Positions 1 to 9,249 of a DNA stretch of 64,000 bases are shown one piece after another; position 1 is the first letter of the stretch; each line of letters starts with the position of its first letter. The notes under the pieces are model-generated. The model was not told the origin of the DNA. It ran no database searches and saw nothing but the letters and a program-made list of their open reading frames with translations. The stretch is taken from the NCBI GenBank assembly GCA_005799745.1, contig SYFY01000120.1, positions 24,126 to 88,125 of the forward strand, given 5' to 3'. This DNA comes from Gammaproteobacteria bacterium. GTDB taxonomy: Bacteria; Pseudomonadota; Gammaproteobacteria; Pseudomonadales; Azotimanducaceae. The position numbers were made by a program, and so were the translations under genes.

Positions 1-767
1 CACTCTTGAGAGGCACCAAACATTTCGGCACACAGACCAATACGTGCGACGTCGAGTGCGGGATCAAGCACCTCGGCACCCTTGTCAACGGAACCGATGG
101 CGGCATCGGCACCTACGCTCACGTTCTTCAGTCCAACTCGGGAAGCACTACGGCAATCGACGAGTTGCAGCGGGTTCACTGCGACACCGGCGGCCTTGCG
201 GTCCACCAGGAACAAGGTGATGCCATCGCGGCTGCCTGCGGCGCCGGAAGTCCGTGCTGCAACAATCAGCTTGTCAGCGACCTGGGCATCAAGTACGAAA
301 CTCTTCTGGCCATTTAACGTGTAACCACTTCCACTCTTTGTAGCGGTCGTCGCGATGTTATATGGCGCATGGCGATGGGATTCTTCGAGGGCGAGCGTCA
401 GCAGGAGCTCACCGGTTGCCACTTTCGGCAACAGGTCGGATTTTTGAGCTGCAGAGCCGCCGATATTGATGACCGTGCCGCCGACCCAGACCGTCGCATA
501 AAGCGGGCTCGCCACCAGGGTTCGACCGGTCTCCTCAGTAACCACACCAAGGCCCTTGTATCCGAAGGCCAAACCGCCATGTTCTTCCGCCCAGGGAATG
601 CTTGCCCAGCCGAGGTCCACCATGCTCTTCCACGTGGCACGGTCGAATCCGTCGGGATTCTTCTCATCACGCAGCTTGCGGAATTGACTGATCGGCGCCT
701 GATTCGTGCAGAAATCCTTGGCGCTGTCTTTGAGCATGGTTTGCTCTTCATTAAGGATCATCGGCAT
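1..767 (-). CDS. acyl-CoA dehydrogenase family protein, N-terminal part (3' end lies beyond the left edge of the window)
   Basis: Not in the ORF track because it runs off the window. My reverse-strand translation from the ATG at 767 reads MPMILNEEQTMLKDSAKDFCTNQAPISQFRKLRDEKNPDGFDRATWKSMVDLGWASIPWAEEHGGLAFGYKGLGVV...SGSGYTLNGQKSFVLDAQVADKLIVAART, the usual ACAD N-terminal/middle-domain layout. The + ORFs 6..317 and 369..911 are antisense shadows of it. Confidence 0.8.
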   Translation of the reverse strand, partial: MPMILNEEQTMLKDSAKDFCTNQAPISQFRKLRDEKNPDGFDRATWKSMVDLGWASIPWAEEHGGLAFGYKGLGVVTEETGRTLVASPLYATVWVGGTVINIGGSAAQKSDLLPKVATGELLLTLALEESHRHAPYNIATTATKSGSGYTLNGQKSFVLDAQVADKLIVAARTSGAAGSRDGITLFLVDRKAAGVAVNPLQLVDCRSASRVGLKNVSVGADAAIGSVDKGAEVLDPALDVARIGLCAEMFGASQE

Positions 768-1040
768 CGAAGGAATCCCCCATTCCACGTGAATGTACAG
801 GCCGACGATCAAACCAGAGTCACCCCCGGATGTCCACGCCAGGAGTCTGCGCGGCAGAAGGCAGCGGAGCGAGGCGAGGGTCAATTCGAGTACGATTTTT
901 CGTTCGCTTGAGGAGCATAGTGCGGGCTAGTCCCCCGATTACATGCGGGTTTACACCCTATACATCCCACCGGCGATAACAGCGTGGTCACGGCGCTACG
1001 ATCATTCCCGCACTACACCGACGGAATGGGGGGAAGCGCG

Positions 1041-1238
1041 ATGTACCGCACAACTGGAAGGCTCTTTACCTTTTTTACACTGCTCCTGGCAGCGGCTGGC
1101 GTGTACGCTGCCGAGGCACAAACGCTGGTGACACAAACAGCAGACTCAGGCGAGTGGTCAAACTTAATCGGCTTCGGCCTCGCAGCGCTCGGCATCACAG
1201 GGCTCATCCTGATTCGAACACAGTCGTCGCTGCTCTGA
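1041..1238 (+). CDS. small hypothetical exported/membrane protein
   Basis: Lies inside track ORF 984..1238. From the internal ATG it reads MYRTTGRLFTFFTLLLAAAGVYA/AEAQ (signal-peptide-like) and ends in the hydrophobic stretch GFGLAALGITGLILIR. A 7-bp hairpin follows at 1257..1274. No family recognised. Confidence 0.3.
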   Translation: MYRTTGRLFTFFTLLLAAAGVYAAEAQTLVTQTADSGEWSNLIGFGLAALGITGLILIRTQSSLL

Positions 1239-1335
1239 GCCGGGTTCCGTTGTAGGCGCGGTTTCCCAACCGCGACATTTACTCAATAAGTGCGAAGAAT
1301 CCCGACTTGGAAGTTGCTCCTACGGGAATCCTCGC

Positions 1336-1989
1336 ATGTCGCTCTCAAAACTCCGCCGACGTCTACGGCGCACTCTGCCAGACGCACAACTCGAACTCGT
1401 TGAACTACCCAAGTGCCGCGGCCTCAAACTGGCACTCATCAACGCCGACTACCCCCAAGGACCCCTGCAGCCCGAGGTGATGCGCGCAGTGATTTCCGAA
1501 CCTGCTTACTGGTCGTTCTGCTGGGGCAGTGGACTGGCCTTGGCGCAGCGTCTGATGACAGGAAGGCAAGATGTTCGTGGACTGACCGTGCTCGACTTGG
1601 GTTCAGGATCCGGTGTTGCAGGCATCGCTGCAGCACTCGCGGGCGCAGGTCGGGTCATCGCTTGCGACATCGACAAAGATGCCTGCCTCGCCACTGCCGT
1701 GAACGCAGAAATCAATGGCGTAGCAATCGACGTGATTGACGATCTCACGAATCTCGGACGTCGTGCGGATCTGGTTCTGCTCGCCGATATGCTCTATGAC
1801 CGGGCCAATTTCGGGCTAATCGATCTTGTGAAGAACGTCGGCCAAAAAGTGTTGATCGCCGATTCCCGCATCAAAGAACTCTCCCGCGATGACTTCGAGC
1901 TGATCGATGAAACCGAAGCTCGAACGATGCCGAACCTGGGGGAGTTTGATGAATTCCGGCAGGTACGGTTCTTCTCAAGCCGCGACTGA
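1336..1989 (+). CDS. class I SAM-dependent methyltransferase (PrmA/protein-lysine-methyltransferase-like)
   Basis: Motif I VLDLGSGSGVAGIAAALAGA followed by the acidic loop VIACDID; about 217 aa. Confidence 0.75.
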   Translation: MSLSKLRRRLRRTLPDAQLELVELPKCRGLKLALINADYPQGPLQPEVMRAVISEPAYWSFCWGSGLALAQRLMTGRQDVRGLTVLDLGSGSGVAGIAAALAGAGRVIACDIDKDACLATAVNAEINGVAIDVIDDLTNLGRRADLVLLADMLYDRANFGLIDLVKNVGQKVLIADSRIKELSRDDFELIDETEARTMPNLGEFDEFRQVRFFSSRD

Positions 1990-2031
1990 TCTGCAAAGAT
2001 CTGCCGTCCATCAGTTAAGCCCCGTTTCTTC

Positions 2032-4071
2032 ATGCGCATCCTGAGCAACTTCCTGCTGTCATCAATACTTGGTTTGTCCTTGGGCGCCGTTGCCCACGAA
2101 GACCACGCGCCAGTTCTCGAGGAGATCGTGATTTATGGTCGCGCTGTTCCGCTGATCGGTACCGTCGAGTCTGCCTCCGAAGGCCAGGTGGCATTCGATG
2201 ACTTGCGTCTACCGCCGCTGCTCCGTGCAGGCGAATTGGTCGAAGCAGTCCCGGGGATGGTGGCTACACAACATTCCGGTACTGGCAAAGCCAATCAATA
2301 TTTCTTGCGCGGGTTCAACCTCGATCACGGCACAGACTTCGCGGCCACGCTCGATGGGGTGCCGCTTAACCTGCGTACGCACGGGCATGGTCAGGGTTAT
2401 CTCGACATGAACTTCATCATTCCGGAATTGGTGGAGACGACGTGGTATCGCAAAGGCCCCTACGCCCTCGCCGTCGGTGACTTCTCGTCAGCCGGGAGCG
2501 TTGACTTTCGTTATGCGGATCGGCTCGATCAATCTGTCATCGAACTTGAAGGCGGTTCCCACACCTATCGACGGATCCTGGCGGCAGGCACGTTGAAGCG
2601 CGATGCGGGTGACCTGACTGGCGCGGTGGATGTAACGCACTATGACGGTCCCTGGAAGAAGAGTGAGAACTCAAACCAGCTCAAAGGTTATCTCGGCTAC
2701 ACCACCCACGTGCTCGGCGTTCCAGCCCGCGTCGAGCTGCATGCCTTCGACAGCACCTGGGACGCGACCGATCAGATTCCAGAGCGAGCAGTCGCTTCAG
2801 GGCTTATCAGTCGACTCGGTCACCTCGATCCCGACCTCGGCGGCGAATCAGACCGTTACCAACTCTCCACCACCTTCGACTTCGAGCGCTGGCAACTCAA
2901 CGCCTGGGTGATCCGTGCCAATCTGAAGCTGCACAGCAATTTCACGTATCAACTCGACAACTCGGCTGGAGGGGATGAGTTCACCCAGGAAGACGGCCGG
3001 CACGTCTTCGGCTTGATCGCAACAGGCACCACCTCGCTGATATCGGGCCAGCAACCGCTCGATCTCGAATGGGGTGTTGAAGCACGGCATGATGACATTC
3101 ACAAGTTGGCGCTCTATCCGTCCCGTGCACGAACAGCCATCGGGAGTGTGCGCGACGATGACGTCACCGAAACCTCTGTTGCGGCATTAGCCGGAGTGCA
3201 TTGGAAGCTCACGGAGAATCTATCGGCTCGATTCGGCGCACGCATCGATCACTACCGCTGGGACGTTTTAGCCCTCAACCCTCTCAATTCAGGCGAAGGC
3301 GCTGAAACCCAAGTCAGCCCCAAGGCAACGGTTGCATGGCGGCTAGGCAACAACTTCGAGGCCTATCTCAACTACGGACGTGGCATGCATTCGAACGACG
3401 TACGTGGCGCCGAACTGCGGCATCAACCGGGGAGCGCTGATCCGGTTGAACCCCTCGAAGTACTCGTTACTTCTGAAGGATCTGAAATCGGACTGCGATT
3501 CGAGCGCGACAAGCGCGTGAACGTAACGCTCGCCTTCTTCCGGCTGGAACTCGATTCCGAGCTGGTCTTCGTCGGTGACGCGGGAGGCACGGAAGCGAAA
3601 TCTGGCAGTGTGCGCCATGGCCTGGAGGTTGGTGGATTCTGGCAGGTGAATGACTGGCTTTCAGCTCACGCCAACTACACCTGGACGCACGCACACCACC
3701 CCGATGAACCGCCAGGTTTTCGTTATATACCAGGATCGATTCGAACTTCTGCGAGTGGTGGACTCAACGCGCAGTTCGATTCCGGTGTTGCTGCGAGTGT
3801 GCGCGTGCGTTATCTCGGCAAAGCACCGTTGGTTGAGGATGCGAGTGTCGAAGCCCGCTCATCTGTGCTGATCAACGCAGGAATGTCGCTGCGGCGAGGT
3901 AACATCGAATACCGGGTTGATGCGTTTAATCTCACCAACCGCCACGACTACGACATCGCCTACTACTACACCTCGCGTTTGGAAGGAGAACCGCTGGATG
4001 GTGTCGACGATGTGCACTTCCATCCGCTCGAACCACGGTCGATTCGCGCTGCCGTGCGCTTTCTCTTCTGA
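2032..4071 (+). CDS. TonB-dependent receptor
   Basis: Signal peptide MRILSNFLLSSILGLSLGAVA. Plug-domain motifs EEIVIYGR, ATQHSGTGKANQYFLRGFNLDHGTDF. C-terminal beta-barrel ends in ...RAAVRFLF (terminal Phe). Confidence 0.9.
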   Translation: MRILSNFLLSSILGLSLGAVAHEDHAPVLEEIVIYGRAVPLIGTVESASEGQVAFDDLRLPPLLRAGELVEAVPGMVATQHSGTGKANQYFLRGFNLDHGTDFAATLDGVPLNLRTHGHGQGYLDMNFIIPELVETTWYRKGPYALAVGDFSSAGSVDFRYADRLDQSVIELEGGSHTYRRILAAGTLKRDAGDLTGAVDVTHYDGPWKKSENSNQLKGYLGYTTHVLGVPARVELHAFDSTWDATDQIPERAVASGLISRLGHLDPDLGGESDRYQLSTTFDFERWQLNAWVIRANLKLHSNFTYQLDNSAGGDEFTQEDGRHVFGLIATGTTSLISGQQPLDLEWGVEARHDDIHKLALYPSRARTAIGSVRDDDVTETSVAALAGVHWKLTENLSARFGARIDHYRWDVLALNPLNSGEGAETQVSPKATVAWRLGNNFEAYLNYGRGMHSNDVRGAELRHQPGSADPVEPLEVLVTSEGSEIGLRFERDKRVNVTLAFFRLELDSELVFVGDAGGTEAKSGSVRHGLEVGGFWQVNDWLSAHANYTWTHAHHPDEPPGFRYIPGSIRTSASGGLNAQFDSGVAASVRVRYLGKAPLVEDASVEARSSVLINAGMSLRRGNIEYRVDAFNLTNRHDYDIAYYYTSRLEGEPLDGVDDVHFHPLEPRSIRAAVRFLF

Positions 4072-4085
4072 CCACCGGGTGACCA

Positions 4086-4859
4086 TCAGATCGGCACGTC
4101 CCGGTAAAGCAACCCCACGGTATGCGCGTGTCGACTCTTCATCAGCGCAAATTCAGTCTGTGTCTTCAAACTTCGAAACCAGGTCAGCGCCTGCCGTTCA
4201 TCACGAAACTCAAAGGCAATGAGTTGTTGCCAGGGGCGACTTCCCGTAAAGGACCTCACGGTCGCGCGAATGGGTGGCGTCGCACCATGCGCGACGGCGG
4301 TGGCGAGGAACGGTTCGATTCCATTTGAAGGTGGCGCGTCGCTTTCAGTGCGATTTGCCAACAACCAGATTACGCGAACGTTATTGCCATGAAAGTTGAG
4401 GTCGATGGTCGGATCTACCGCTGAGGTCAGCACTTGGCGACCTACAGGACCGCCCCCCAGCTGCAGATAGTCCACATGGGTTGCGAGTCGCAGGTAGTCA
4501 CTGCCGGAAGCCAGTGAATAGATGTCGATCTGTTGCCACTCATCGCCATTGATCTGTCCATCAAGCAACCGCACCAGTTCGCCGTGACAGTGAAATCGAC
4601 CGCCTTCCCCCAGCACGACGCGCATTAACGTACCGCGATTCTCCGTAGCCGGAGACTGGACCGCTGCACCTTGTAACGAAAAGTCGAAGATGAAGGCCGG
4701 TTCATCACGACGCTCGGCGTCCAGGAAAAGGGCGAACTGCGGCGAAAACCAGTACGCGAGTGCACCAGCGGCGATCACCAGCGCGCCGACGAAGATCAGA
4801 AAGGTGAGGAACGGACGATTCACGCTGCGATGATAGTCACTCAGCACTCTGCCGTGCAC
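4086..4859 (-). CDS. hypothetical membrane-anchored protein
   Basis: 257-aa ORF with one N-terminal TM helix (PFLTFLIFVGALVIAAGALAYWF). No family recognised. Convergent with the TonB-dependent receptor. Confidence 0.5.
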   Translation of the reverse strand: MHGRVLSDYHRSVNRPFLTFLIFVGALVIAAGALAYWFSPQFALFLDAERRDEPAFIFDFSLQGAAVQSPATENRGTLMRVVLGEGGRFHCHGELVRLLDGQINGDEWQQIDIYSLASGSDYLRLATHVDYLQLGGGPVGRQVLTSAVDPTIDLNFHGNNVRVIWLLANRTESDAPPSNGIEPFLATAVAHGATPPIRATVRSFTGSRPWQQLIAFEFRDERQALTWFRSLKTQTEFALMKSRHAHTVGLLYRDVPI

Positions 4860-4914
4860 GCGCTTACGCTTTTGTTTACAGTCCGGTGATCTTCAAACCG
4901 CTGTGGAAAGACGC

Positions 4915-5745
4915 ATGTACCAGGAGATCACCTACGAGGTTGGCGACCCTGTCGCCATCATCACCATGAACCGGCCCGAGGCCCTCAATGCTTTCACCAA
5001 CTGCATGCTTGCGGAAATCCGCCACGCGCTGGCTGCCGCGGAAAAGGACCCCGCAGTTGTCGGTATCGTCCTGACCGGTGCAGGGCGTGGTTTCTGCGCC
5101 GGCATGGATATGAACGCCCTCAACTCCATGACTTCGGGCGGTACCGCTCGCGAAGACCTCTCCGGTTTCAACGCGGAACCCGGTGACAAGGCCCTTGGTG
5201 AGAATTTTCAGGTGTCGTTTTCGTACCTGATGTCGATCCGGAAGCCTCTGATTGCTGCGGTCAACGGCGCCTGCGCGGGTCTCGGTTTTGTCTTCGCGCT
5301 GCTCGCTGACATGCGCTTTGTGGAAAAGCAGGCGAAATTCTCAACCGCCTTCTCCCAGCGTGGACTAATCGCCGAACATGGTGCCAGCTGGATTCTGCCG
5401 CGATTGATCGGGTCCGGCCGTGCCCTCGACATACTCTGGAGCGGACGTCGTTTCGACGGCGTTGAAGCAGAGAAGCTCGGGCTGGCAGAACGGCTGGTCG
5501 ACACGGGGGATTCCTTGAACGCCGCCATCGCCTACATCAGTGAAATCTCAAAGGTGGCGTCACCCACGTCACTGCGCGTAATGAAGGCTCAGGTCTACCG
5601 CCACCTCAACATGGAACTTGGCGCGTCGCTCACTGAATCGAATTCGTGGATGGCCGACTCACTTCGTCGCGAGGACTTTAAAGAGGGGGTGCGTTCCTTC
5701 CTCGAAAAGCGCCCACCTCAATTCAAGCGCATCAGCGGCGACTAA
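4915..5745 (+). CDS. enoyl-CoA hydratase/isomerase (crotonase) family protein
   Basis: ITMNRPEALNAF...GIVLTGAGRGFCAGMDM oxyanion-hole region. The track ORF starts at GTG 4903; the ATG at 4915 (MYQEITYEV) is the more likely start. Confidence 0.9.
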   Translation: MYQEITYEVGDPVAIITMNRPEALNAFTNCMLAEIRHALAAAEKDPAVVGIVLTGAGRGFCAGMDMNALNSMTSGGTAREDLSGFNAEPGDKALGENFQVSFSYLMSIRKPLIAAVNGACAGLGFVFALLADMRFVEKQAKFSTAFSQRGLIAEHGASWILPRLIGSGRALDILWSGRRFDGVEAEKLGLAERLVDTGDSLNAAIAYISEISKVASPTSLRVMKAQVYRHLNMELGASLTESNSWMADSLRREDFKEGVRSFLEKRPPQFKRISGD

Positions 5746-5750
5746 CTTTC

Positions 5751-6713
5751 ATGGAGCTCAAGGAACACTCCGTGCAGGTGCGCGGCGTGAAGCTGCGTGT
5801 CTTTGATACCGGCGACGTTGGGGAGAGCACCTCGAGACCTGTGCTCTTGTTCCTCCATGGCATGCGCGACGCCGCAGCGAGTCTCTTTTCCATCGCCGCC
5901 CCTTTCGCAGATCGTTACCGAATCGTTCTACCAGAACTGCGCGGCCACGGTAGCAGCGACTACCCCAGTGCCTATTAGATGAAGAACTTCATCTACGACC
6001 TGTGGCGCGTACAGAACGATCACGTGGGGCGGCCTGCGGTCATCGTCGGCCACAGCCTTGGAGGTCAGATCGCATCTCGCTACGCAGCGGTGTTTCCAGA
6101 GACCATTGTGGGGCTGGTTTTGGTCGAAGGGCTTGGACCACCTGCCTTCCCGGAACCCGCGGACGAACACGCCTGGCTCAAGGGTTATCGCGAACGTCTG
6201 CTGACCCGCTTTGCAGATTCAGCGCCTGGCAGAGGCCTTGGCAACGTCGAATTCGCCACTTCTCGCCTGCTTGCCAACAACCCACGTCTCGATGCGGCAC
6301 GAGCACCACAGATTGCAGCTGCGCTCACCCGTCGCGATGACCAGGACAAGCTCGTCTGGGCTTTTGATTCTCACGCCGGCGCTGCGTTTGTACGCGCGGA
6401 CCGCGATGAGGGGGAATGATTTTGGAGTGCGGTGCCCTGCCCTACGCTCGTCATTAGTGGAGACCTCGCCCATGAATACTGGCGTGGCCAGTTCGGCAAT
6501 CTGCCGGGCTTTGACGGGCGATACAGGGAAGGTGAAATGGAACAACGGGCCGCCGTCTTTCCGCGCGGCGAACATTGCGCCTTTCACCATTCCGGGCATA
6601 TGGTGCACTACAACGAGCCGGAACGACTGATCGAGGAGATCGGTGCGTTCCTTGATAGATATACTTTTGCCTGCACGCCAACGGGCACACTGAGGGGAGT
6701 GCATCATGAGTGA
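5751..6713 (+). pseudogene. alpha/beta hydrolase interrupted by in-frame TAG (5976..5978) and TGA (6417..6419)
   Basis: Track ORFs 5751..5978, 5979..6419 and 6432..6713 share one frame (all starts are 0 mod 3). Joined, they give a roughly 320-codon alpha/beta hydrolase: LLFLHGMRD, RGHGSSD, nucleophile elbow GHSLGG, CPTLVISGD, catalytic His region SGHMVHYNEP. Confidence 0.75.
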
Positions 6714-7503
6714 AGTTCTTGCAACCGATCTGACTGGCTTCGATGGTGCGGCCATCGTCGATGATTTGAATCGTTTGTTGCGTCTGCGCACAACACCGAT
6801 TGGCATGAAGCTCTTCAACACACGCGCGGAAATGGAGGCGATTCTAAAAATTCGTCGCCCCGGCTCCGTGCACACCACGGATCAGATCGTGGGTCAGGCC
6901 AGTCGTAATGGCTGGACGGTGGGCATCACTGCAGAAGACCTCGTCGGTGCGCAGTGCAGCACTGTCATCGGTCTGCATCCGCGCAGTGAGAACTGGCTCT
7001 CCGGTGATCGCATGACGGGGGTCTGGTACAAAACGCCCGATGATGCGAAGGCGCATCAGCACGCCATGGACTGTGTGCCCTTTGGGCAGTACGAAGCCAT
7101 GGCGGTGAGTCCCCTCGCGAGTGGTCGGCTCAACCCGCCTGATATTTGCCTGATCTACGCCACACCGGCACAGATGATTCTATTCATCAACGGCCTGCAG
7201 TGGACGGGTTACAAGAAACTCGATTGGGGTTGCGTGGGTGAATCAGCCTGTGCGGACAGTTGGGGGCGCGCATTGGCCACCGGCGAACCGAGTCTCTCCA
7301 TTCCGTGTTTTGCCGAGCGACGTTATGGCGGCGTGCAAGACGATGAGCTTTTGATGGCGATTCCACCGAAGTTCCTGCCAAAAATCTTGGTTGGTCTCGA
7401 GTCACTCAGCCGCAACGGCCTGCGTTATCCCATTCCGCCGTATGGTGTGAACAACGATGTGCGTGCAGGGATGGGTGTGAGTTACAGCGACAAATCGAAA
7501 TAG
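6706..7503 (+). CDS. DUF169 domain-containing protein
   Basis: TTPIGMKLF..., PDICLIYATPAQMILFINGLQW, SIPCFAERRYGGVQDDELLMAIPPKFL resemble the DUF169 (COG2043) pattern from memory. The start ATGA overlaps the end of the hydrolase frame. Confidence 0.65.
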   Translation: MSEVLATDLTGFDGAAIVDDLNRLLRLRTTPIGMKLFNTRAEMEAILKIRRPGSVHTTDQIVGQASRNGWTVGITAEDLVGAQCSTVIGLHPRSENWLSGDRMTGVWYKTPDDAKAHQHAMDCVPFGQYEAMAVSPLASGRLNPPDICLIYATPAQMILFINGLQWTGYKKLDWGCVGESACADSWGRALATGEPSLSIPCFAERRYGGVQDDELLMAIPPKFLPKILVGLESLSRNGLRYPIPPYGVNNDVRAGMGVSYSDKSK

Positions 7504-7516
7504 GCGGAGCGAGGCG

Positions 7517-8167
7517 ATGGAACTGTTTGAAGCGATGAGCTCGTTGCGGGCGGTTCGAAAGCTCAAACCTGATCCCATTCCCGAAGCGGTTTTGCGACGA
7601 GTTTTTCAGGCGGCGACTTGGGCGCCCACCGGCGGCAATCATCAAGGTTGGCGAATCATCGCGGTGCGTGATGCTGCCACAAAGGCAAAACTGCAGGCGC
7701 TCTACAAACCGCATTGGGATGCCTATGCACCCAAGTATGAGCAACACATGGCGTCAATGCCGCCCGCGGAACGCGAAAAATCCGCGCGCTCGCTGGTCGC
7801 CGCAACTCACCTTGCAAAGCACTTGCACGAGGCGCCGGTGATCGCGGTGTTCTGTTTTAACCCGGATCGCATGACGATCACGGATGCGGCGCTTGGCCGT
7901 CCCAGCGTTGTTGGCGGAGGCTCGGTTTATCCGGCCGTGCAAAACCTGTTGCTGGCCTGCCGAAGTGAAGGACTCGGCTGTGTCCTCACTACCTTGTTGT
8001 GCATTGAGGAACAACACGTGAGGCCGCTGCTCGGAATTCCTGACGGTTGGTACACGTGTGCCTTTGTGCCCATTGGTTATCCACTGGGTAAAGGTCACGG
8101 AAGCATCAGTCGAAGACCTGTTGAAGAGATGGTGTTTTCCGAGAAATTCGGTAACCGATTCGCTTAA
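7517..8167 (+). CDS. nitroreductase family protein
   Basis: RAVRKLKPDPIPEAVLRRVFQAATWAPTGGNHQGWRIIAV is the classic nitroreductase N-terminal signature; 216 aa. Confidence 0.85.
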   Translation: MELFEAMSSLRAVRKLKPDPIPEAVLRRVFQAATWAPTGGNHQGWRIIAVRDAATKAKLQALYKPHWDAYAPKYEQHMASMPPAEREKSARSLVAATHLAKHLHEAPVIAVFCFNPDRMTITDAALGRPSVVGGGSVYPAVQNLLLACRSEGLGCVLTTLLCIEEQHVRPLLGIPDGWYTCAFVPIGYPLGKGHGSISRRPVEEMVFSEKFGNRFA

Positions 8168-8173
8168 GGGGCG

Positions 8174-9208
8174 TCAATCACCCGGGATCGCTCCTGCATC
8201 TGCGAGTCGGTTGAATTCAGCCAGCAACGCTTCGCCATCCGCTCGCTCAAGAATCTGCTCGCGAATGGGTTCGTATGCAGCATATGCGGCGAGTACGGGT
8301 TGTTCATCCACTGCCCACTGTACAAGACCTGCCCAAAACGCATCGATGAGTGGCGCTGCCGGGGTCGTACCTCGATCCACAGTCTTCAGGTTCAAACGGC
8401 GCAACTCACCGAGATAGAGTCGAAGGCTCGATACATGAATCTCTTCATCGGTACGAATGCGGCCAATGATTTCAGCGGCTTCTTCCGCTACGGCCTGATC
8501 CGGAAACAGCCCTGGTGTTCGCAGAATTGCCTGGGTATTGGCAAAGCCTATTTCGGCACGAAACTCGATCATCAGAAGATTCATCAGGAAACTCAGCATG
8601 CCTTCGAAAGGCTGCGCGATCTGCGGCATCCAGCGTTTGCCGACTTCAGGTCTGGAAATGGTTGCCGGTGGTTCAACGTCAGAGTGAGTGCCCGGAGGAA
8701 TCACGAGGTCACGCGCCACGAACCACATCTCATCATGACCACCAATGCCACGATCCGGCTCACCACCCTCATCGATGCCATGGGCATAGAGCAGCCCGCC
8801 CCCCAGGTGACCAATGGCCATCTCATCAATGTTCTCAACAACAACATGGCGCAAGTCCGGAAACTGCATTTCCGCGAGGATGCGCCCGCGCGCCTCAATC
8901 TTGCCGGTGATGGTGAGCCCATTCCAGAAAGGGCGTGTCAGGCCGTTGCGGATGAGCAAGCGCTGTTGTTCAACGTTCGGCATGCGTGGCCCGGTCAGCA
9001 GGCTCGCGTCGGCTGCAAAAAGTGCTCCACCCGCTGCTCCAAGCTGACGTTGCCAGTTGGCCAGCGCTTGATTGCGGAGCGATGAGCGCGGCGGCACATA
9101 AACGCCTTTGGTGTCGAAGCCACCATGCATCCGACGGCCTGCAACAACATGCGGGGTCGCGAAAGGATGATTGCTGTTGAGTTCCTCTTTGGAGTACAAC
9201 AGTTTCAT
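8174..9208 (-). CDS. conserved hypothetical protein (possible ferritin-like/di-iron fold, speculative)
   Basis: Clean 344-aa ORF with natural composition. Carboxylate/His clusters (ENIDEMAIGH, GGHDEMWF, MIEFRAE, TDEEIH) suggest a helical metal site. No family firmly recognised. Confidence 0.55.
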   Translation of the reverse strand: MKLLYSKEELNSNHPFATPHVVAGRRMHGGFDTKGVYVPPRSSLRNQALANWQRQLGAAGGALFAADASLLTGPRMPNVEQQRLLIRNGLTRPFWNGLTITGKIEARGRILAEMQFPDLRHVVVENIDEMAIGHLGGGLLYAHGIDEGGEPDRGIGGHDEMWFVARDLVIPPGTHSDVEPPATISRPEVGKRWMPQIAQPFEGMLSFLMNLLMIEFRAEIGFANTQAILRTPGLFPDQAVAEEAAEIIGRIRTDEEIHVSSLRLYLGELRRLNLKTVDRGTTPAAPLIDAFWAGLVQWAVDEQPVLAAYAAYEPIREQILERADGEALLAEFNRLADAGAIPGD

Positions 9209-9249
9209 TGCTCAATCCTCGATAGTTCCATTTGTATTCTGCCCCGCAA

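Noticed and set aside
1257-1330. REP-like palindromic element (tgtaggcgcggtttcccaaccgcgac plus a nearby gctcctac).
   Set aside because: It resembles pseudomonad REP sequences, but I found no further copies in the window. A single hairpin after a small ORF is adequately explained as a terminator.
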